Assembly (NCBI GenBank): GCA_013426015.1 | Contig: CP058998.1 | Location: 920,142-984,141 of the forward strand | Source of the DNA: Candidatus Fermentimicrarchaeum limneticum | Lineage (GTDB): Archaea; Micrarchaeota; Micrarchaeia; Burarchaeales; Fermentimicrarchaeaceae | DNA: 64,000 nt | Reading direction: 5' to 3' | Shown: positions 18,327 to 25,724 of the stretch, piece after piece | Numbering within the stretch: the stretch's first letter is position 1 | How the letters are laid out: every line of letters starts with the position of its first letter | Notes under the pieces: generated by a model | Seen by the model: only the letters and a program-made list of their open reading frames with translations | The model's database searches: none | Told to the model about the DNA's origin: nothing | Made by a program: the position numbers and the translations under genes

Positions 18327-19551
18327 TGGAAAGTTACCCCCCTTCAAGAGGTTTATAAAGGGAAAAATCGACGTAAATAACGTCTATGAGAGCTTACAAA
18401 TTTAGAATCTATCCTTCAAAAAAGCAAGAAGAAGAAATGTGCAGGCACTTGTGGATATCAAAAGAACTCTGGAATGAAATGCTTGCTTTTACAAAGGAGA
18501 TTTATAACAACTATGAAAAATTCCCAACAAAGAGAACATTAAGAGAGTTGGTTAAAGATAGCGGCTTGTTTTCACAAGTAGGGCAAGAACTTGTTGATAG
18601 ATTGGTTGATGCCCTTCATAGGAAAATAAGTATGAAGAAAAAAGGAGAGAAAGGCGGCTTCCCGCGCTTCAAATCTCTTGACAGGATGAAGAGCCTGCAG
18701 TATCCACAGTATGAAACTGGGTTTTGGTTGGATAAGAAACTCAAAGTCACCCCTTTTGGCGAGATTGCAATAAAGAGGCACAGGGATATCAAAGGAAGAA
18801 TCAAAACGCTGACTCTGAAGAGGGAATCTCCCGGAAAGTGGTTTGCTATATTCTGTGTTGAAACACCCAAAGAAGCTCCAAAAGAAAACAAAGGAGAAGC
18901 AGTTGGAATTGACTTGGGGCTGAAAACATTTGCAACATTATCAAACAGTCTGAAGATAGACAATCCAAGGCATCTCATGCAGCATGAGGAAGAGCTTGCA
19001 TTCATACAAAGAAAGTTCTCAAGGAAAAAGAAAGGAAGCATCAGCAGAAAGAAGGCAAGGCTGAATGTTGCACGGCTGCATGAGAAGATAGCGAATACGA
19101 GAGCAGACTTCCTTCATAAAACATCAACACAACTTGTCAATGATTATTCCATTATTGCATTGGAAAAACTTGCCTCACAGGAGATGGCAGAACAGAGATA
19201 TGGCAAGCAGATAAATGATGCGGGTTGGAATATGTTTGCAAACATGCTTGCATACAAGGCGGAGGGAGCTGGATGCAGAGTGGTGTTTGTAGACTCGGAG
19301 AATACAACTCAGGAGTGCAGCAACTGCCACCAGATAGTCCAGAAAGACCTGACAGAAAGGATGCACAACTGCCCTTTCTGCGGACTGAGTATGGACAGAG
19401 ACTTAAATGCTGCACGCAATATACTCATGAGAGCTACCCCTGGGCAAGGGGGAAGTAACGCCTGCAATTCCTTGCAGAAGGAGAGAGATGTTGCAGAAGC
19501 AACGTCAATGAAGCAGGAAGCCCACACCTATCCATAGGTGGAGTATGTCAC
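18327..19551 (+). mobile_element. IS200/IS605-family element carrying only tnpB (IS1341-like)
   Basis: The LE (starting TGGAAAGTTACCCCCC, just 3' of TTCAC) and the RE (ending in the hairpin CCCACACCTATCCATAGGTGG followed by AGTATGTCAC) are both repeated in the miniature element at 21759-21939. No tnpA is present. The ends are inferred from where copy similarity stops. Confidence 0.75.
18386..19537 (+). CDS. tnpB: TnpB (OrfB) RNA-guided endonuclease / IS605-family transposase accessory protein
   Basis: 383 aa. It has the N-terminal YKFRIYPSKKQ helix-turn-helix region and the RuvC-type acidic residues GIDLGLK, IALEKL and RDLNAARNI. The zinc ribbon is CSNCHQ...CPFCG. Confidence 0.9.
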   Translation: MRAYKFRIYPSKKQEEEMCRHLWISKELWNEMLAFTKEIYNNYEKFPTKRTLRELVKDSGLFSQVGQELVDRLVDALHRKISMKKKGEKGGFPRFKSLDRMKSLQYPQYETGFWLDKKLKVTPFGEIAIKRHRDIKGRIKTLTLKRESPGKWFAIFCVETPKEAPKENKGEAVGIDLGLKTFATLSNSLKIDNPRHLMQHEEELAFIQRKFSRKKKGSISRKKARLNVARLHEKIANTRADFLHKTSTQLVNDYSIIALEKLASQEMAEQRYGKQINDAGWNMFANMLAYKAEGAGCRVVFVDSENTTQECSNCHQIVQKDLTERMHNCPFCGLSMDRDLNAARNILMRATPGQGGSNACNSLQKERDVAEATSMKQEAHTYP

Positions 19552-19552
19552 G

Positions 19553-19562
19553 TATATATTAA
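19553..19562 (+). promoter_or_regulatory. TATA-like box of the dephospho-CoA kinase gene, immediately 3' of the IS right end
   Basis: TATATATTAA is centred about 26 nt upstream of the ATG at 19583. The call rests on position only. Confidence 0.3.
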
Positions 19563-19582
19563 TCCTGCTTCTTTATTTATTC

Positions 19583-20083
19583 ATGAGAAAACTGCCGGAG
19601 AGTTTGAGGCTGGAACTCAGGAGGCCTTTTGGAAGGGTTTTGAACAATAAACAGCTGATTTCAGAGCTTGGGAAGAGGAAGGGGATTCTCATATCTGTTG
19701 GCGACGAGTGCTCATATGATATTATAAAGGCGGGGATAATGCCGGATATTGTGGTTTACGACCTGAGGATAAAGAGGAAAGATGTGATCGGCGATATCCG
19801 GGATGTCCTTAGTAGATTTGATGATGGAGAGGTTATAGTGCACAACCCGCCTAGCGTTATAATGGATGAGTTGGTCGCAAGCGTGAAGGATGCGTTGGAG
19901 AAGGGGGCAGGGAAGATACTTGTGAACGGGGAGGAGGATTTGGCTGCGCTGGTTGTAATGATGTACGCTCCGGATGGGGCCCTTGTTGTCTACGGGCAAC
20001 CGGACGAGGGCGCTGTTCTTGTTGAGATGAATGACGAAGTAAGGGAGAGGGCAGTGAGGTCTTTTGAGAGTATGGAGGAATAA
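19583..20083 (+). CDS. GTP-dependent dephospho-CoA kinase (archaeal DUF359 family)
   Basis: Contains ISVGDECSYDIIKAGIMPDIVVYDLRIKR and NGEEDLAALVVMMYAPDGALVVYGQPDEGAVLV. The track start at 19538 lies inside the IS right end, so the ATG at 19583 is preferred. Confidence 0.75.
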   Translation: MRKLPESLRLELRRPFGRVLNNKQLISELGKRKGILISVGDECSYDIIKAGIMPDIVVYDLRIKRKDVIGDIRDVLSRFDDGEVIVHNPPSVIMDELVASVKDALEKGAGKILVNGEEDLAALVVMMYAPDGALVVYGQPDEGAVLVEMNDEVRERAVRSFESMEE

Positions 20084-21227
20084 GCCTGTGGATGAGCTGA
20101 GGATCATAAACTTCCTAGATGCGTTCATAACGAACGCCCTGTCGGTACTCATCCCTCTGCTTCTGGTTTCAAGGGGGGCGGATGTTGTCGAAATCGGGTT
20201 TATCGTCTCCATGTCGCCTGTGATTTTCGTCGTTTCAAGAAGCATATTCGCAGCCATGTCCGACCAAGTCGGCGTGAGGAGGTTCTTCATTCTGAACGGC
20301 GCCATGAATGTCGTATCCATTATGATATACATGGTCGCGAGCAGCCCCCTGACCTTCTCAGTCGGCAAGATGTTCGAAGGAGTGAGAAATGGCACTATAT
20401 GGGCGGTCAACAGGACTGCGGTTATGATCAAGAGGGGCAAAGGCAACGCGGCAGAGGAGATGTCAAAGGTGCAGGCGATCAGGACAGCGTCTGCGGCAAT
20501 GGGTATTGTGGCTGTGGGTGCGCTGCTTCAGGGGCACTCCTTTGAAGTGACGCTGTTGTTCTTCATGTTGTTGGGGTTTGTGCTGCTCGGCGCGAGTTTC
20601 CTTGTAGAGGGGAGGCGCAAGGCCAAGGTGAAGTTCGGGAAGATTTTCGAGCAGCTGGATTTCAGGAGTAAGAGCGATTTCCTGAAGAGGACGAGCCTCG
20701 TCCTCATACTGCAGTCGGTTGCGACCACGGTGCCACTCACACTGATACTCCCTCTTTTCCTGAATGAAATGGGGTATGATTATTGGCTGATCGGGCTGGT
20801 TGTTGCGGCGTATTACTTGGTGAGCGCGGTCGTTGCCTTCTTTCTTTCAAAGAAGGGTGAGATATACGTTTTTGTTTGTATGTGGGTGGGTGCTTTCCTC
20901 TTTCTCTTCGGCGCTGCGGCGGTCCCGTTCCTGCAGGGCGTCTGGGTGATTCCCTTCATACTCCTGATGGGCATTGGGGATGGGACGAGCGTGCCAGTTT
21001 GGGAGATATTAATATTCAACTCCGTGAGGAGCAAGAAGGACGTGTCGAGCGATATCGCGCTGCTCCACACGCCGCCGAACCTATCCAACGCCGTGGGGCT
21101 CATCCTGGGAGGTGTGTTGGTGAAGTCCGTGGGGTACTGGTCTGTCTTCCTCCTTTGTGGAGTATTGTTTGCGCTCTTCTCCTACTTCTCAACAAAACTC
21201 CTGAGGGAGGCGATGTATTTCGAGTAG
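20064..21227 (+). CDS. MFS-type transporter
   Basis: 387 aa with about 10-12 hydrophobic spans. An MSDQVGVRR loop motif follows TM2. Confidence 0.65.
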   Translation: MRVWRNKPVDELRIINFLDAFITNALSVLIPLLLVSRGADVVEIGFIVSMSPVIFVVSRSIFAAMSDQVGVRRFFILNGAMNVVSIMIYMVASSPLTFSVGKMFEGVRNGTIWAVNRTAVMIKRGKGNAAEEMSKVQAIRTASAAMGIVAVGALLQGHSFEVTLLFFMLLGFVLLGASFLVEGRRKAKVKFGKIFEQLDFRSKSDFLKRTSLVLILQSVATTVPLTLILPLFLNEMGYDYWLIGLVVAAYYLVSAVVAFFLSKKGEIYVFVCMWVGAFLFLFGAAAVPFLQGVWVIPFILLMGIGDGTSVPVWEILIFNSVRSKKDVSSDIALLHTPPNLSNAVGLILGGVLVKSVGYWSVFLLCGVLFALFSYFSTKLLREAMYFE

Positions 21228-21577
21228 AGCTCGTTCACCGCTTTCTCATCAATCCTATGGTCGAAATAGGCGTGCGGCCGGAGTGCGCCACTGAATGTTT
21301 TTGGGATGTGGATTAATTCGTGGATGATGACCTTGTCCTTTTGTTCTTCGGGTAAATTGTCAAAATGTTCGGAGAGGACTTCGATGATGTAGTATGTTTT
21401 TATGTCCAGCGCCTTCTGCCAGATTTGTGGGAAGTTCCATATGCGGGCGTAGGCGCGCGCTTCAGAGCCTTTGGAGCGCATGCAGATTATCCTCAATGAG
21501 TTGATGTACTCTAAATCAAGAGTGTGGATGATTTTGTTTACCCTCTCCTGCACGTCCGGGGCAAGCTCGGTTTGCAT
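21182..21577 (-). CDS. predicted zinc metallopeptidase (HExxH)
   Basis: 131 aa. HELIH sits in the context VIIHELIHIPKTFSG, which resembles small archaeal COG4900-like peptidases. Confidence 0.5.
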   Translation of the reverse strand: MQTELAPDVQERVNKIIHTLDLEYINSLRIICMRSKGSEARAYARIWNFPQIWQKALDIKTYYIIEVLSEHFDNLPEEQKDKVIIHELIHIPKTFSGALRPHAYFDHRIDEKAVNELYSKYIASLRSFVEK

Positions 21578-21668
21578 CAGTTATTTTGGGTGTTGGTATT
21601 TAATTATAGGGTGCACCCACCCCATACTTCCACTAATCTTGTTTTGTTGGTTCCTGTGGCTTAAAAAT

Positions 21669-21712
21669 TAGCAGAAGCGAGCGAGAAACCCCACACCATT
21701 TATAGGTGGGAT
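21669..21712 (+). repeat. solo right-end (RE) remnant of the IS605-family element
   Basis: GCAGAAGCGAGCGAGAAACCCCACACCATTTATAGGTGGGATG parallels the RE sequence GCAGAAGCAACG...CCCACACCTATCCATAGGTGGAG, including the terminal hairpin. Confidence 0.5.
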
Positions 21713-21758
21713 GAAAGCGAGCTATACAAAGAAAATATATGTTATTTCAGTCTTTCAC

Positions 21759-21939
21759 TGGAAAGTTACCCCCCTCCACGAGGTTTATAAACAGTAGTAA
21801 CTAAGTTTTGTAAAGAAAAAACTACCGAGGGGCACTCGGGAAGTAACGCCTGCAATTCCTTGCAGAAGGAGAGAGATGTTGCAGAAGCAACGTCTGTGAA
21901 GCAGGAAGCCCACATCCTTTAGGGGTGGGAGCATGTCAC
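21759..21939 (+). mobile_element. miniature non-autonomous derivative (LE + RE, no tnpB) of the IS at 18327-19551
   Basis: 21754-21791 matches 18322-18359 at 36 of 38 positions. 21838-21939 aligns colinearly with 19450-19551, including a 57-nt perfect run. A 46-nt unrelated linker replaces tnpB. Confidence 0.8.
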
Positions 21940-21992
21940 TGGTATCGTCTGAAGTTTCAGTTATTAAAGTAGTGGAAATATTTGTGGGTTTG

Positions 21993-22008
21993 AATAGTGG
22001 AATTGTGG
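21993..22008 (+). repeat. 16-nt direct repeat, copy 1 (AATAGTGGAATTGTGG)
   Basis: Matches 22298-22313 at 15 of 16 positions. Together the two copies bracket a TATA-rich stretch and the small ORF. Confidence 0.6.
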
Positions 22009-22056
22009 AAGTTTGGGGGGTTATATATATTATATATATGTAACCATAGTTACAAT

Positions 22057-22302
22057 ATGTTGTTGTATATGTATGATTTAAAAATAAAAGGAAAGAAACC
22101 ATACAACACACTCAAAAGGCGCTTCTACTACCAACTGAAAAACTCCCCAATTTCAGCGACGCCCTGGAAGACAAAATCCGTCCTCCTCGTGGATGATTAC
22201 CTAGAAAAAGAGGCGGATAACTTCTTCCTGAGATTCAGGGGGTATGTAGAAGTCTACAAGGCAAGGGTTGAGAGCATAGAAGAAGTGACCAAACCCAAAT
22301 AG
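22057..22302 (+). CDS. small hypothetical protein (beta-alpha-beta-beta-alpha-beta-like pattern)
   Basis: The ORF track gives 21997-22302. The internal ATGs at 22057 and 22069 lie about 25-35 nt downstream of the TATA-like run TTATATATATTATATATATG. The sequence is MYDLKIKGKKPYNTLKRRFYYQLKN...SVLLVDD...VEVYKARVESIEE. Confidence 0.4.
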   Translation: MLLYMYDLKIKGKKPYNTLKRRFYYQLKNSPISATPWKTKSVLLVDDYLEKEADNFFLRFRGYVEVYKARVESIEEVTKPK

Positions 22303-22313
22303 TGGAATTCTGG
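22298..22313 (+). repeat. 16-nt direct repeat, copy 2 (AATAGTGGAATTCTGG)
   Basis: See copy 1. This copy contains the stop codon of the small ORF. Confidence 0.6.
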
Positions 22314-22329
22314 TGTCCCACCCATTGAG

Positions 22330-22854
22330 TTACAATAACCCCCCTAACCTTTCAGCTTCCCTGATTTTATCCTCGCCGACCTCGCCGGTGGCGTATGCCT
22401 TCGCCTTCATCGTCGCAACCACCTCCATCAGCTGGCACTTGCAGAACAGCTTAATCGTCTCTATAGACCTCTCAACCAGCGCCGGATCCGCAGCCCCGAC
22501 CGCGATGATGCACACCTTCTTCCCCTTCATCTTCCTCCCTATACCCGCGGGGTTCAACCTATCAAGGAAATTCTTCATCGTTCCGCTGACATCACCAAAA
22601 TACGTGGGAGTTGCGAATATTATCGCATCCGCAGCCAGAATCTTCGTAATAATCTCCTTCATATAGTCATCTATCCCACACACACCTGTGGTGTCACACT
22701 TGCAGCATCCATCGCAGAACTCAACATCCTCCTCATGCAACCCGATGAACTCAGTCTCGGCTCCCTTCTCCCTTGCTTTTGCCAAGGCCGCCTTCAGGAG
22801 CATCTCGCAGTTTCCCCCTTTTCTTCGACTTCCGCATATACCTAGGATTTTCAT
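22330..22854 (-). CDS. iron-sulfur flavoprotein / NADPH-dependent FMN reductase family
   Basis: MKILGICGSRRKGGNCE plus the compact Cys cluster CDGCCKCDTTGVC. The start is placed at the MKILG Met rather than at the track start 22938. Confidence 0.7.
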   Translation of the reverse strand: MKILGICGSRRKGGNCEMLLKAALAKAREKGAETEFIGLHEEDVEFCDGCCKCDTTGVCGIDDYMKEIITKILAADAIIFATPTYFGDVSGTMKNFLDRLNPAGIGRKMKGKKVCIIAVGAADPALVERSIETIKLFCKCQLMEVVATMKAKAYATGEVGEDKIREAERLGGLL

Positions 22855-23228
22855 CCCAACCACCCTACACCCTGCCCTCCTTCCTGACCCTCGCCTCATT
22901 CGCAAGGCGCTGCGCCAACCCACTATCCCTGAGCTCATTCCTCTCCAGAAACTTCAGCAATGTCTCCGGGCCGCCCACATCCATTATCCTCACACCAACC
23001 TTAAAGGCAAACTTAAGGGAATTCAACCTCAGTTTCTTTGACTATCCCCCAGAGCACCTCGGGCTTGTCGCTTATCACGGCCTGAACCCCCAACCCAAAA
23101 GGTACGCCCTCCTCCGTATCCCTTCTCTTATCAACAACAAAACTCATGCAGTAGATGTTGCTCTTCATATTTAAATAACTGCGAGCGCTGCCCTCAAAAT
23201 TAATAACCCCCACGGCTAATTACTAATC

Positions 23229-24062
23229 ATGTACGTCACAAGAGGGTTCATAAAAACACACCTCAGAAAGAGGCTCATCATCTCCCACAAAGGGCAGAAT
23301 GGCAGAGTCCTTGTTGTAGGGGGAAGTAGACTCTACTTCGGCTCGCCCGTTCTTGTATCACTTGCTGCGTTCAGGACAGGGGCGGATTTGGTTTACCTAC
23401 TCACTCCAGAATATATTTCAAAATCAATCGCTTCCCAGCATCCCGACCTAATCGTCTGGGGTTACGGGGGCGAGTACCTGAATGAAAATGCCTTGCCAGT
23501 TTTTGAGGAGCTCCGCAACAAAACAGATGCGATGATCATCGGCAACGGCCTCACAAAACAACCAAGCGTTCTGAAAGTCGCTTCTGAATTGATTAAGAAA
23601 TGGAACAAGTCGCTTGTGGTAGACGCGGACTGCATCCAGCCGGATCTGAAAACAAGCTCAAAACAGATTCTTTACACGCCGCATGCAGCTGAATTCTCCC
23701 GCCTAACTGGTGTGAAGACGCCCAGTAACATGAGGGACAAAATAAAGCTCATTGAGAAGACCGCAAGGGAACTCTCCGCAACCATCCTGCTCAAGGGCGT
23801 GCCGGACATCATCTCAGACGGGGACAAACTGATGTTCAACAACATCCACAATGCAGGAATGACTGTCGGCGGGACTGGCGACACGCTTGCCGGCATCGCA
23901 TGCGCCCTGCTCTCCCAGAAGCACACCCCCTTTGAATCCGCCTGCATCGCGGCCTACATAAATGGAGCAGCAGGCAACCTCGCCATGAGGAAATACGGCT
24001 ACTCCTTGATTGCATCGGACTTGATTAATGAAGTACCCTCAATTATGAAACAATTCCAGTAG
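23229..24062 (+). CDS. nnrD: ADP/ATP-dependent NAD(P)H-hydrate dehydratase (YjeF C-terminal / carbohydrate kinase family)
   Basis: 277 aa. Contains GRVLVVGGSRLYFGSPVLVSLAAFRTGADLVYL, TPHAAEF and GGTGDTLAGI. Confidence 0.85.
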   Translation: MYVTRGFIKTHLRKRLIISHKGQNGRVLVVGGSRLYFGSPVLVSLAAFRTGADLVYLLTPEYISKSIASQHPDLIVWGYGGEYLNENALPVFEELRNKTDAMIIGNGLTKQPSVLKVASELIKKWNKSLVVDADCIQPDLKTSSKQILYTPHAAEFSRLTGVKTPSNMRDKIKLIEKTARELSATILLKGVPDIISDGDKLMFNNIHNAGMTVGGTGDTLAGIACALLSQKHTPFESACIAAYINGAAGNLAMRKYGYSLIASDLINEVPSIMKQFQ

Positions 24063-24070
24063 GTGGTTGG

Positions 24071-25036
24071 ATGAATTGGGACAAGATATTCAACGCATCG
24101 CTTTATCCGATAATAGCTATGCTCCTGCTGCAATTGGTGAGCTTCTGGAGCATAACTATGGATGTACAATACCTCCTTCTCCTGGCGGGATTGATTCTCA
24201 CTATTCTGCCGACTTTAATATATGCATACGCAGGTTATTCCGCGGTAAAAGACCGCAAATTCACCATTCAGGAAGCGGCAGCAACAGGCGTTTTGATAAG
24301 CATAATAAACACAGTCGCATCCACCATACTAATGCTGCAGATTGCAACGCTTAGAACGGGCGGATCTGGCGCTTACGAAAACACAATTTTCAGTGCAGTT
24401 GCACTAGTTTCTCTGGTTATAGGGCTCGTTTTCAATTCATTCTGGGGCGGGTTATTTGCGGCGATCGGGGGTGCCATAGCCCGCAAGCCCATAGAAGATG
24501 CACAGCAGAAGGCCAAAAAAATAGAAACAAAAACCAATTGGGTCCTTCTTGCAGCCTTGCCCGTAATCATAATCCTTGGATTTCTCTTCCTGCTATTCCT
24601 CTACCTGCCCCCAGTTGATCACCCCGTCTCATATCAATGCACCTTCCCCGCAGGCCTTACATGCACCACGTCCAAACTCCAAACAGGGAGCAGCAAACTA
24701 ACATTGCAAATCGGGCAGGGAACCGGCAAGACAATAAGAGTGACCGGCATTGCATGCACGCAGAACTCCAGTGGCGATTACACAACGAATGCCTACATCA
24801 ATTATGCCCCGGCAACCAACATCACGATGGAGTCTGGGACCACGGCATTCCTAGCGAAGATAGATGGTTCGGGTGCCGCAGCCAGCATAATTTGCACGGA
24901 TGAAAGTGGAAATCTGCCACCCAACACCGCTATCGGAAACTCATACAACGGAAGAGTATACATAAACTTCACTGAAGTCGAAACCGGCATCACTCGGATT
25001 GCCGTTGGAACGCTATCAACAAAATACGAAGCGTAA
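24071..25036 (+). CDS. membrane protein with a Thr/Ser/Gly-rich extracellular C-terminal domain, hypothetical
   Basis: 321 aa. Several N-terminal hydrophobic spans are followed by a beta-rich domain with paired Cys and N-x-S/T sequons. Confidence 0.5.
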   Translation: MNWDKIFNASLYPIIAMLLLQLVSFWSITMDVQYLLLLAGLILTILPTLIYAYAGYSAVKDRKFTIQEAAATGVLISIINTVASTILMLQIATLRTGGSGAYENTIFSAVALVSLVIGLVFNSFWGGLFAAIGGAIARKPIEDAQQKAKKIETKTNWVLLAALPVIIILGFLFLLFLYLPPVDHPVSYQCTFPAGLTCTTSKLQTGSSKLTLQIGQGTGKTIRVTGIACTQNSSGDYTTNAYINYAPATNITMESGTTAFLAKIDGSGAAASIICTDESGNLPPNTAIGNSYNGRVYINFTEVETGITRIAVGTLSTKYEA

Positions 25037-25038
25037 AC

Positions 25039-25674
25039 TCACCCAAAAATCTCAGGAACGGCGCTCACATCACTGAATATAAAGTCAGGCTTCTCCTTCA
25101 GCATCCATTCAAGCTTGTGGGTGCCGTTGCACACACAGCCCGTCATCATGCGTGCAGCCCTCCCGGCTTGGATATCCTCCACCCTGTCGCCGACATAGAT
25201 GCACTCTCCGCAATCCTTCTTTATTCTCTCAAGTGCAACCAGCAGGCTTTTCGGGGATGGCTTCCTCTCAATCGCATCCTCCCTTGTCATAACAACAGAG
25301 AAGAACCTTCCTATGTCAAACCTCACCAAATCCTCCCGTATCCTCAAACCCCTCCCGTCGCTTACCAGCCCCATTCCTACTTCCAATTCCCGCAGCTTCT
25401 CAAGGGCCGGGACAGTCTGCGGGAACAGCCTGATGTCGCCCCTCATCTCCTCCCAGCAATCCAGCCAAGCATCCTCAACCTCCTTCACTCTCCCCTCCCC
25501 TACACCCATCTTCTTGTACATTTCATCATGGTTCATGGAGAACTCCCTCCTGAAGAACTCCAGCCCCATGTCTCCATATCCCAACTCAGAAAAAGCCTTC
25601 CTAAAACTCTGGTATGTTATCTCCAGGGAATCAAGCAGTGTCCCATCATAATCAAAAATCACAAAATCCAGCAT
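25039..25674 (-). CDS. HAD-superfamily hydrolase (phosphoglycolate-phosphatase-like)
   Basis: 211 aa. Motif I is VIFDYDGTLLDS and motif IV is YVGDRVEDI. Confidence 0.78.
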   Translation of the reverse strand: MLDFVIFDYDGTLLDSLEITYQSFRKAFSELGYGDMGLEFFRREFSMNHDEMYKKMGVGEGRVKEVEDAWLDCWEEMRGDIRLFPQTVPALEKLRELEVGMGLVSDGRGLRIREDLVRFDIGRFFSVVMTREDAIERKPSPKSLLVALERIKKDCGECIYVGDRVEDIQAGRAARMMTGCVCNGTHKLEWMLKEKPDFIFSDVSAVPEIFG

Positions 25675-25724
25675 AGCATCGCACCCTCACTCTTACCACA
25701 ATATATTTATTAATACTAAATATA

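Noticed and set aside
19538-19582. N-terminal extension (MEYVTYILILLLYLF) of the dephospho-CoA kinase ORF.
   Set aside because: It starts at a GTG inside the IS right-end hairpin and covers the TATA-like box. The family-conserved sequence begins at the ATG at 19583.
21785-22111. A 108-aa minus-strand ORF.
   Set aside because: It spans the miniature IS element right end and the TA-rich promoter region. It has no motif and is judged spurious.
22057-22302. The idea that the small ORF is a Cas2-like protein.
   Set aside because: Only a vague beta-alpha-beta-beta-alpha-beta residue pattern supports it. No CRISPR array, cas1 or other cas gene is present, so no Cas2 call is made.
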